Origin: an uncultured virus (IMG/VR IMGVR_UViG_3300017767_000007) | Lineage: Duplodnaviria; Heunggongvirae; Uroviricota; Caudoviricetes | Length of the DNA stretch: 20,000 nt | Virus record (IMG/VR): IMGVR_UViG_3300017767_000007 | Strand: one strand, 5' to 3' | Shown here: one piece after another, positions 1 to 8,507 of the stretch | Numbering within the stretch: position 1 is the stretch's first letter | How the letters are laid out: each line of letters begins with the position of its first letter | Program-made: the position numbers and the translations under genes | The notes under the pieces: model-generated | The model's input: the letters and a program-made list of their open reading frames with translations, nothing else | What the model was told of the DNA's origin: nothing | The model's database searches: none

Positions 1-2
1 TG

Positions 3-383
3 AGGGAAATAGCCCGTATGGTGGCTGTCATAAAAAAGTTTAAAAGGGAGTTTTACAGCCACTTTCCTCGTATTAAGTATATGGAATTAGATAGCATGGA
101 TGAGATGGTGGACTTCTTAGCAGGTACTCACTATCAAGAAACAGTCAAAGGAACTTCTAAACCTACACTACGCAGCAACTCAAAACCACTTCTTGATAAT
201 AGGGTCGCTGCGCTTTCTGCAATAAAAGGAATTAGCGTAAAAAACGCTGGTGACCTGTTAGACAAATTTGGTTCATTACCAAAAATACTACGCAGTCGCA
301 CCACCCAAAAACAGCTCATGTCGGTGAAGGGTATTGGCAGGTCTAAAGCAAAAAGTATTTTGGAATTGAGAAACTCGATTTAA
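3..383 (+). CDS. C-terminal part of an ERCC4/XPF-type structure-specific nuclease with tandem helix-hairpin-helix motifs (5' end outside window)
   Basis: The frame is open from position 3 (REIARMVAV...), so the gene probably starts upstream. Two HhH motifs (LSAIKGISVKNAGDLLDKFGSL and LMSVKGIGRSKAKSI) follow a segment resembling the end of an ERCC4 domain (YMELDSMDEMVDFL). The catalytic motif is not in the window. Confidence 0.7.
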   Translation, partial: REIARMVAVIKKFKREFYSHFPRIKYMELDSMDEMVDFLAGTHYQETVKGTSKPTLRSNSKPLLDNRVAALSAIKGISVKNAGDLLDKFGSLPKILRSRTTQKQLMSVKGIGRSKAKSILELRNSI

Positions 384-433
384 TTTTGTGTATATAAAAA
401 GAAATAAACGCAGTACAGCGTAGCATTTCTTTA
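384..433. terminator. Convergent AT-rich intergenic region, putative oligo-T termination zone for both transcription units
   Basis: 50-nt gap between convergent stop codons. The minus strand reads TTTATTTCTTTTT; the plus strand has TTTT right after the stop and TTTCTTT near 425-431. No strong GC hairpin. Confidence 0.35.
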
Positions 434-892
434 TTAATTTATAATTTCCAAGTGTGGCGACCACCATACTTCTCTATGCTCAAAATGCTTCCAAGTACTG
501 TTAGACATAATTTTTTTGGCTTCAGAATGTGCAAGTTTAATATAACCTAAATTGCTGACAACGCTCTTTAACTGAGACATTTTCGATTCTTCAATTGGAT
601 TTAATACTGCTACAATCGGTTTTCTAATTCGTTTGTTTCTTTCCTGTAAAATTTTAGTGTGATAACCTTTACCTCTAAAACCTCTCTTAACATAGGTATT
701 TCCGACCAAAATAAAAGAATCTATGTATGCTGTGCAAGTGTATGCCACTGGGACATCTCCTTCATACAAAAACCAATATGTCGCAAAATCAAAAAGAGGT
801 GGATAGCCCTTTTCTGTCGCTGGAATAATTTTTTCTCCCCAAATACTTTCAGCGTTTTCAATACCCATAACTAATTTTAAGAAAATGCTCAT
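434..892 (-). CDS. GNAT-family N-acetyltransferase
   Basis: Acetyl-CoA-binding motif A (YVKRGFRGKGYHTKIL) is preceded by beta-strands (WFLYEGDVPVAY, ILVGNT), with a C-terminal NLGY. The ATG at 892 overlaps the upstream stop (TGATG); GTG at 895 is the alternative start. Confidence 0.75.
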   Translation of the reverse strand: MSIFLKLVMGIENAESIWGEKIIPATEKGYPPLFDFATYWFLYEGDVPVAYTCTAYIDSFILVGNTYVKRGFRGKGYHTKILQERNKRIRKPIVAVLNPIEESKMSQLKSVVSNLGYIKLAHSEAKKIMSNSTWKHFEHREVWWSPHLEIIN

Positions 893-3800
893 CACCTTGA
901 AACTACATTTGTGTCAAAGACTTCTCCAGGACCATCAACCATATTTGCGCCTGTTTTCATAGTTACGCTGATTGATGAAAGTTTTACGGATTCTTGAGCT
1001 GCTGTATCACCATTGATACCAGCCGCTCTTCTGATTGTAATTTCTAAGTGATTACCTGCTACATCAGCACCTTCTATCTTTTGATTGAATAAATTGTGTC
1101 TTAAACCATTTTGGTTTATAGGGATGACAAGAGTTTCCGTTTTGCTAAATCCTGTTTCAACAACCTTTACAGTAGTGTATATCTTGGCAAACCCTTCTGC
1201 CGTTGGATTTGTATTAAGCCCTATTCCACTTGGAGTTGGAATGGTACTTTGGTTAGTTTGAGCAGACTCTGAATGCACAGTAGTATCAACCTTAGAAAGA
1301 ATAGTTACTGAATTATTTGTAACATTGTTAGGTACTACTTGTATTCCAGAAACTTCTGATACTTCGGCTTGTTCAGAATCACCAGCTGCAAATGTTCTGC
1401 CTGGCAATGAAATTCCAGTTTCGCTTAGAGCAGCACTTCCCCCCGATGGAGTAAAAACACCGTCATTAGAAACTAAAACAGAAGTTTCTATTGCTGCTGG
1501 CAATGGTCTGTCTTGACCTAATAACCCCCATTCCGAATTACCCATAGGCACCTGCATTTTCTTTTTTAGTCTTCCCATAATGCCTTTAGATACTTGATTA
1601 ATACCTATTGTGCTTGCAGTAGTGTAGCCTGTTTGACTACCAAATGTTCCTGGTGGGGTCAATTCAGGTCTTGGTCTTGGTTTGGGTGCAGGACCTGTTG
1701 TATCTCCGCCTGGAGGCACAGGTTCGCCATCGTCTTCATCAGAATCTCCACGACCCGATGTTCCACCTGGTCCTGCTGGACTTGGTTTAGGGTCATTAAT
1801 AATAGGAGGAGTCAAAAACATAGAACCTAAATTACTTAAGAAATGAGATTCATCAGTTGTTAGACCTAATACTACTTCTTCATGTCTTAGTGGGTTTATT
1901 TTCCATTGAACATTATTAATAATCAAAGGTTTGTTTGTAAATCCATAGGTTGAATCGCTATACTGTAGAGCAGTTCCTGTTCTAAAGTTAATGTCGTCAT
2001 TGATAATCAATCTCGGTGCATACCACAAAGTCCTGTCCCTCATACCAGACCCAAATTCGTCATAATATCTGCACCCAAGAGGGAATATAGACTTGTCATT
2101 ATATGAACCGCTGCCGAGGAGGGTGAAGTAATTTGTCGGTGCGGATTCAACAGGTACTCCGTGAGCAGGATTTAAGATATTTCCTAATGTATCTCCACAA
2201 CGCATTCTGATTAAAGATTCTAAGTATTCTCTGTTTACTGAAACTATAATTTTATTGACAATACCAGTTCCAAATGCGTATGTGGGTGGCAAATTAAGTT
2301 CAAGAAAACCATTATCCAATGAGCCATAACTAACGGTCTGTGAAAAGAAATCGTTTGCGTGGCTATGCCCTTGACCAGCTGCATTAACTGCTGCAATGTG
2401 ATTCAAATCTCCTCTATTACAAGCCCCAAACCATTCTGCTTCACCTATTAGATTTGGGTCTCCATTTGAGTCAGTACCGTTAGAAGAAACAAAGCCTGTG
2501 TTTCTTGTTGCATTATCTCTGAATATAGGGTCAATAACTGTTATAATAAACTTTGCCGATGTAGCAGCCTCGTCAATTGTTCCAGGAGTAGGCGCACCAC
2601 TTCTTGTCCCATCAACGCTAATAATAAATCTTAATTGATTTCCTGTTGTCATACTGTATTTAGGTAAGCCTTGAGGAACATAAACAACTTCAATAGCATT
2701 AGCAAGGCTGTTTGCACCATACCAATAATTATTTCCAGCCCAAGTAATTTCATCAGAAGCATTTACAACTGAAGCATCCCTGTTAGATGCTCCAATAAGA
2801 GGAGTATTGGTGTTATTGAGTTGGCCGTCAAGAGCACTTACTGAACCAGAAAAGAAATTGTTGTTCATCCTTCCCATCATATAGTGCGGGTACTTACCGT
2901 ATACTGTCCTTTGTGGGTCAGCAATATACCCATACCTTGCACCATCAAGCATAACATCATCTGATTGCGTTCCTCGCACTACTTTTGCATTTAATGAAAC
3001 GGGTGCTTTCTTTGCTTTCAAGTATTCTTGTTTTGCTAAATACTCTGCTTCTGCTTTAGTTCCCACATCGGGCATATCCATAATTTTCCAGCGAATGTTT
3101 TCTGTCCCTACTACTTTTGGATAGTCACAAAATGACTTAGAATCATTGAAGTAAACTCTAACATGAGTTACTCTTTGTTGTATGCTTGTGTTCATATTAG
3201 ATATATTCAAAACGCTTCTGTCGAGCGAGCGGAAAGAATTGTAGCCAGGTCTAAGTTCTATTCTGCCATCAGGACCAATTTGATAAGTAAATGTTTGTCC
3301 GAGGCCTGAAGTTCCAGTACCAGCTGCTTTTTGAATTTTTACTATGGCACTATACATTGTTGAATTTTTAGCATTTACTACACTGCCAAAACTGTCAAAT
3401 TGTGTATTATTGTGACCCCAGTGGGGACTGCCAATAGTTGCAGAGCCATTAGTGCTCATTATTTTTGTTTGTGGCACATTCTTAAAGGATGAAATACCTG
3501 TAAATTGAGATTTACCCAACCAATTTTTTGTCAAAGACAACATATTTAAGAATCTAAACTTTTCGCTTTCAAACCATGTTCCGCTGTTTTCGTTTTCGAC
3601 CTTACCAGAAATACGCATCATAAATCTCATACCACTAAGAGGAGCATACGAGTTATACGCAGTAACACTATCATAATCTTCTAAGTCAAATATCGCTCTT
3701 GAAGATGAACCGTTTTGTTGAGCAGCCTTAATGTTATTTGCTGCTATTGTTCTTTCAGCAGCAGTCTTGGTTGGAACTCCGTTCAAACCTCCTACAATAT

Positions 3801-6800
3801 CAACGAACACATTGTTTAAATAGTTATCAACTGTATTTCGACCAGACCAAGCATAATACCATGTATATGTTGTCTTTGTCTGTCCAGCTCCTTCAACTGC
3901 TACTATTCTTCCAACTCCGCTATCATCCCATTCTGTAACATCGTCGAGGTATAACCTGTTAATTCCACTAAAATTATCTGGTTGGTTTCTTTTTACTTCC
4001 GACGCATCTTGAATAAAGTCCATTTGTTGAGGGTGAGGCATATATGGGTGTTGAATAGTTTTGTATGAAGGCATTGCTTCAATCCAATAGTTATCCATCA
4101 TAATTGGGAATCCGTGACCTACTGCAAAGTAATCTTGTAGGTCTGTCCTCCCACCACCTATTCTTCCTGTCCTTCCAAGATTTGCTTCAGTATTCACATT
4201 CCAGAATTTGCTTGTGTCAATAACAACAAAGGAACCTGCTTTATCTTCCCAATTGTGGTATATTGAATTAGAGTCAGAGTTTGAGCCAAGAGGTAAAGCA
4301 GACCAGGGTGCTTGAGTTACAGGTTCAAGCGTTGAATCTAATTCCCATATGTCTAAGTCTTCACCAACCTTCAAATCAGCAAACTTAACAGGCGAGCCGT
4401 CAGGTTCTTCTGAATCAACAAATTCCATGCTAACACTATAATTATTAGAAATAGGCATCATTAAACCAAACTTCTTTTTCCTTAAACCAGAATCAGCGTT
4501 AGCAGTTCCATCATTTCTCATATCAGCCCAGAGAATCCAAATGTGTTTGTAATCGTTATCAATTTCTCTAAATCTTACAATACTTCCTGCAGAGTGGAAT
4601 TTAGACAAAAATTGTACTCCTGTAATTGAAGCATAAGTCTGGTCGACTGCGTTAAAACCAGCTAAACCTGTAAATGTAAAAGAATCTACTGTTCCGTCAG
4701 CATCCACAATTTCTCCAACGCCACCTGATGTAGCCATTGTAGTTACTAATCCTATTGGGTTTCCTGTTGTTTGGTCGTTTAATGCTAATCTTGTATTTGC
4801 TATTGATACTGTTTGACCAGTTGTATATGCGTTAGGAAAAATATCTGAAGATAATAATACATCTGGGTGATAGGTTGAACCATTTTTACCTTGACTGATT
4901 TTCTTTTCCTTGATACGCCCAAACTGCATTTGAAACCACTTAGATTTAGGCATATCTTGAATCCAACGAGAATGTACTGCTCTATATGGTCTGGCAATAG
5001 AATTATTAGCAGCAGCAAGAGGTGCAGTCGCTTGTTCGTTGCAATATTCTAAGTCAGGACTATCATACAAAAACCAGCCAACTTCTCCAGCAGTTCCTAA
5101 TCCAAGCCCTGTTATTTCGTTGTGGTTATAATATAGGTTCGCTAAATCTCCATAAGTAGCGTTATATGTTCCGTTACCTAATTGAGAAACTTCAAGATAA
5201 TGTGTCCCATCAATCCATGTTTGGCCTGGGTCTGGCATATTACCAAAGCCTGTGATTTCAAATACAAGAGTTACAATCCCATCCCAATTATTACCTGTTG
5301 TCCCTTGTGGAATTTGAATTGGGTTTCCTTGAGCGTCATTCCCACCATATCTAATTACCAAGCGTTGCCCAATGTATAAATCCCAGATGTTGATATTTTC
5401 ACCTGTCTTAAAGTAAAGTTTTGTTATTAAATTCCCAGCAGGTTCTGAGCCACCATGAGCATTATCAAGTATATTAGTAGCACTCCAATATTGCCAAACA
5501 TTGTCGCCATTAGAATTAACTCTAAACCAACCCAACCTATTTAACCAATCTTGCTGAGTATAGGAAAGTGTAGAATGAGCAGCATTCCAACTGGCATCAA
5601 ACATTTGTCCAGCAAAAGTATCGTTATTTTGATTTTGACTTGTTGGTGGGCCTGGTAAAGCAGACCCAAACCCATTCCAACTTCTATACAAATTATCAAA
5701 CGGAGTACTTCCTACAGTATAACCTCCACCAGGAACTTGTGCTCTTCCTGTCTTTGGGTTGTTAGGAATATCAGCGTCAATCAAAGCAAAATGATAACCA
5801 CAATTTGAGCTCCTTGTTGTTTGTTGCCAATTTGTAGGGTCAGGAATATCTCCAGACCAAAGGGTATTAGGGTAATCGTGTTGAAGTGGTGTAATGTTTG
5901 CTGTTGTGTGCTTAACCCTATTACTGCTGGTTAATCTCATTGGAATATCAAGGTTACCTCTTGTTAGGTCACGAGGAGTTACTGTTACTCCATTAATTGT
6001 GGTGGATGAGTCGCTTGGTAATTCAGATATTCTATTATACCTTTGACCTGACTGACTTGCACCTCTAAAAACTCTTGTGTCTGAAATAGTAACATATTGC
6101 TTTTCCCAATCTATTAAATGTCTTGTGTTGCCTGCAGAAGAACTAACAAATTCACCACCTAAAAGAGCTGGATTTTTATAGATTTCATCGAATTGCAAAG
6201 TCCAGTAATGCTTTAGTCCTGTCTTATGCCTTCCGTCATCATAACTGTCATTGTTGTCAATAGCCAAAATTTTACCTGATGGGACATATGTTTTGTCAAT
6301 GTAAAAGTGATTTGTTGATGGGTCGTGAACTGTAAATGAGCCACTATAATTAGTTGAGCCTTGTATGTTTATTGTTTCTCCTTGAGTATATCCGTGAGCA
6401 TCAGAATAAACTCTTAGTGGGTTTGTAAGTGCAGATGGATTAGCATAAGTCGCTTCAGGCTTTTGGAATCCATAAATGTGAGTTTGACCTACATAATCGT
6501 ATATAGTATCAGGTGCTCCTCCTTCTTCATTATACATTTGAATTGGGTGTCCCGAATTTAATCTCATTCTTGTTGATGTATCTGCATTATAGTTCGGTCT
6601 TTCATAACCTAAAGTACCTGTGCCTCTTTCAAGAGAAGTAGCACCTAAATGCAACTTTTCAATAAAGTTTGCAGATTCGTATGGTCGCCAGCCAATAGGT
6701 TCGGTTTCATCTATTTGTTCACTTTGTCCTACTTCCCAAATAGGTATTGTTCGGTCAAGAGAAGCCAAATAATCTCTGGCACTCAACTTTATGATTTTTT

Positions 6801-8505
6801 CTCCAGGTCGGTTTTGGTTGCTGGTGTATCTTTCAATATGCCCTCTCCAAACGCAACGATGGATATTATCACGGAATAGCATCAGTTCTTGCAGTTGGTT
6901 TGTTTCTTCTTCAAAGACCTTAAAAATATCTAAGTTATCGAAATCATCATGTATGTCTAACTGGCATTGAGATATACCGTTTGAAGTATAGTTAATAGAA
7001 GCCCTTGACAAAGTAACCTGTTCACCGCCAATGCCAGATGAATCTGCAATATCACGCCAAAGATATGCTCGGTCAAGAAGTGTTGTAATTTGAACATAAT
7101 CTGTGTCTGTCCCTGCTTCTTGGTAGCCATCAACCAATCCACTATCAAGGGACAAATCCCAACCAAAAACTTCTGGTGCTTTGTATTTATTTCCTGTATC
7201 GGGGTTAATTCCTATTGCTTGTGCTGAAGCAACAACTTCACCGTCATGTAATACATCATAAGTTCCTGCAGTCCAGTCAAACTTAAATTCAATATCATTC
7301 CAAATTTGCAGCAAAGTCCAGCGCCTTGTTTGGTCGGCTGATGGTATAGCATTATCAGATGGAAAAGATGTGCTTTCAGGCGTTTGTCCGAAGTTTGCTA
7401 ATACATTGTAGCCTCCGTCAACTGCGCCACCAGCCATTACAAGAGAAGCAGAGTTTGAACCTGTTAATGCTGATTTTTTAAACCAGGGGTTTCTGTCAAG
7501 ATAACCTGTTTTTAGACCTGTTGCTTCGGCTGTCAAAGGCGAGCCGCTGATTGCTGCGTTTTGTTTTCTTGAAGAAGTGGTAAATGTGTATGTAGCAGCT
7601 GGTACTGCTGAAGAAAATCCGTTAGCGTCAGTGTAGTCATCCCTTCTAAATCCTACTTTTATTGTGTAAGAATGACCTGTTGATTGTCCGTTGTCCCAAC
7701 CAGACCAATTGCGCCAAGCCATTCTAAGTCCAAAAATGTCTTTATCAGATGCAGCTCCTAAATTAGCGTTATAGGAAACAAGCCTTCTGGTCATATTTTC
7801 TCTAATGTGAGTGTTAATTGCTAACATAGGTTTTCCAGAATCAAGAGATTCAATTGGTTCTAAGATAGCCTTTGAAAATGGGTCTCCTGCATAACCTGTT
7901 TTTAGTTGGTTAGCGTCTGGAGCAACTTCTCCTACATGAACGCTGCAAATGTTTGCATATTGAAAGATGTTAGTCGCTGAAGCAAAGGAATCAGATTCAG
8001 CACTCCCACCTTTGTATAAATTGCTTGAAACCATATCAGGAATCGTGATTGCTGCGCTTTTTCCTTGCGATGGGTCATTGTTACCCAAATGAACAGAATA
8101 ACGCCCAGAAGTGTTATATCCGTTTGTTAAAGTTTGAAAGGAATCAAGAGATGCGTCTGCACCAAATTTGTATCGGTTGCCTTGTGTAATACCATCGGGA
8201 TATGAGGGTTGAGCCTTTCCTTCATACTTCCCAGAGTTTTTTCTCATAGTGTCGTTTGTTAAAAATTCATGAGCACCTAAATTATGAGTTTCATCTCCGT
8301 CAACTCGCTCTTTGTATGCCTTTTTGTATCGAGGGTTAAGGCGAGCCTCACCATTTAAAGAATTACCAAAATGGCTTGCTGTGTGAACAATTAGTCCAGT
8401 TAAATTAGGGTTGTTTTCATCATCAGCAATTGCTCGACTTGCGTTAAAGTCGTCATAGTAACCTGCCAAAAATACTGAATACTTTCTATCTACTGACTTT
8501 GCCAT
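892..8505 (-). CDS. Giant (2537 aa) tail-tip protein: baseplate hub/Tal-like scaffold with large inserted putative adhesion domains
   Basis: Lies directly downstream of the tape measure gene. Hub-like segments: VWRGHIERY...IKLSARDYLASLD; FTYQIGPDGRIEL...THVRVY...DVGTKAEAEYLAKQEY; FRTGTALQY...LIINNVQWKI...VVLGL. Rich in G/N/T/S and aromatic residues, with a Pro-rich linker near the C-terminus. Confidence 0.7.
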   Translation of the reverse strand: MAKSVDRKYSVFLAGYYDDFNASRAIADDENNPNLTGLIVHTASHFGNSLNGEARLNPRYKKAYKERVDGDETHNLGAHEFLTNDTMRKNSGKYEGKAQPSYPDGITQGNRYKFGADASLDSFQTLTNGYNTSGRYSVHLGNNDPSQGKSAAITIPDMVSSNLYKGGSAESDSFASATNIFQYANICSVHVGEVAPDANQLKTGYAGDPFSKAILEPIESLDSGKPMLAINTHIRENMTRRLVSYNANLGAASDKDIFGLRMAWRNWSGWDNGQSTGHSYTIKVGFRRDDYTDANGFSSAVPAATYTFTTSSRKQNAAISGSPLTAEATGLKTGYLDRNPWFKKSALTGSNSASLVMAGGAVDGGYNVLANFGQTPESTSFPSDNAIPSADQTRRWTLLQIWNDIEFKFDWTAGTYDVLHDGEVVASAQAIGINPDTGNKYKAPEVFGWDLSLDSGLVDGYQEAGTDTDYVQITTLLDRAYLWRDIADSSGIGGEQVTLSRASINYTSNGISQCQLDIHDDFDNLDIFKVFEEETNQLQELMLFRDNIHRCVWRGHIERYTSNQNRPGEKIIKLSARDYLASLDRTIPIWEVGQSEQIDETEPIGWRPYESANFIEKLHLGATSLERGTGTLGYERPNYNADTSTRMRLNSGHPIQMYNEEGGAPDTIYDYVGQTHIYGFQKPEATYANPSALTNPLRVYSDAHGYTQGETINIQGSTNYSGSFTVHDPSTNHFYIDKTYVPSGKILAIDNNDSYDDGRHKTGLKHYWTLQFDEIYKNPALLGGEFVSSSAGNTRHLIDWEKQYVTISDTRVFRGASQSGQRYNRISELPSDSSTTINGVTVTPRDLTRGNLDIPMRLTSSNRVKHTTANITPLQHDYPNTLWSGDIPDPTNWQQTTRSSNCGYHFALIDADIPNNPKTGRAQVPGGGYTVGSTPFDNLYRSWNGFGSALPGPPTSQNQNNDTFAGQMFDASWNAAHSTLSYTQQDWLNRLGWFRVNSNGDNVWQYWSATNILDNAHGGSEPAGNLITKLYFKTGENINIWDLYIGQRLVIRYGGNDAQGNPIQIPQGTTGNNWDGIVTLVFEITGFGNMPDPGQTWIDGTHYLEVSQLGNGTYNATYGDLANLYYNHNEITGLGLGTAGEVGWFLYDSPDLEYCNEQATAPLAAANNSIARPYRAVHSRWIQDMPKSKWFQMQFGRIKEKKISQGKNGSTYHPDVLLSSDIFPNAYTTGQTVSIANTRLALNDQTTGNPIGLVTTMATSGGVGEIVDADGTVDSFTFTGLAGFNAVDQTYASITGVQFLSKFHSAGSIVRFREIDNDYKHIWILWADMRNDGTANADSGLRKKKFGLMMPISNNYSVSMEFVDSEEPDGSPVKFADLKVGEDLDIWELDSTLEPVTQAPWSALPLGSNSDSNSIYHNWEDKAGSFVVIDTSKFWNVNTEANLGRTGRIGGGRTDLQDYFAVGHGFPIMMDNYWIEAMPSYKTIQHPYMPHPQQMDFIQDASEVKRNQPDNFSGINRLYLDDVTEWDDSGVGRIVAVEGAGQTKTTYTWYYAWSGRNTVDNYLNNVFVDIVGGLNGVPTKTAAERTIAANNIKAAQQNGSSSRAIFDLEDYDSVTAYNSYAPLSGMRFMMRISGKVENENSGTWFESEKFRFLNMLSLTKNWLGKSQFTGISSFKNVPQTKIMSTNGSATIGSPHWGHNNTQFDSFGSVVNAKNSTMYSAIVKIQKAAGTGTSGLGQTFTYQIGPDGRIELRPGYNSFRSLDRSVLNISNMNTSIQQRVTHVRVYFNDSKSFCDYPKVVGTENIRWKIMDMPDVGTKAEAEYLAKQEYLKAKKAPVSLNAKVVRGTQSDDVMLDGARYGYIADPQRTVYGKYPHYMMGRMNNNFFSGSVSALDGQLNNTNTPLIGASNRDASVVNASDEITWAGNNYWYGANSLANAIEVVYVPQGLPKYSMTTGNQLRFIISVDGTRSGAPTPGTIDEAATSAKFIITVIDPIFRDNATRNTGFVSSNGTDSNGDPNLIGEAEWFGACNRGDLNHIAAVNAAGQGHSHANDFFSQTVSYGSLDNGFLELNLPPTYAFGTGIVNKIIVSVNREYLESLIRMRCGDTLGNILNPAHGVPVESAPTNYFTLLGSGSYNDKSIFPLGCRYYDEFGSGMRDRTLWYAPRLIINDDINFRTGTALQYSDSTYGFTNKPLIINNVQWKINPLRHEEVVLGLTTDESHFLSNLGSMFLTPPIINDPKPSPAGPGGTSGRGDSDEDDGEPVPPGGDTTGPAPKPRPRPELTPPGTFGSQTGYTTASTIGINQVSKGIMGRLKKKMQVPMGNSEWGLLGQDRPLPAAIETSVLVSNDGVFTPSGGSAALSETGISLPGRTFAAGDSEQAEVSEVSGIQVVPNNVTNNSVTILSKVDTTVHSESAQTNQSTIPTPSGIGLNTNPTAEGFAKIYTTVKVVETGFSKTETLVIPINQNGLRHNLFNQKIEGADVAGNHLEITIRRAAGINGDTAAQESVKLSSISVTMKTGANMVDGPGEVFDTNVVSR

Positions 8506-8507
8506 TA

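Noticed and set aside
892..8505. Possible intein or diversity-generating-retroelement target in the giant protein
   Set aside because: No intein splice-junction or LAGLIDADG motifs recognised, and no reverse transcriptase or template/variable repeat pair seen in the window.
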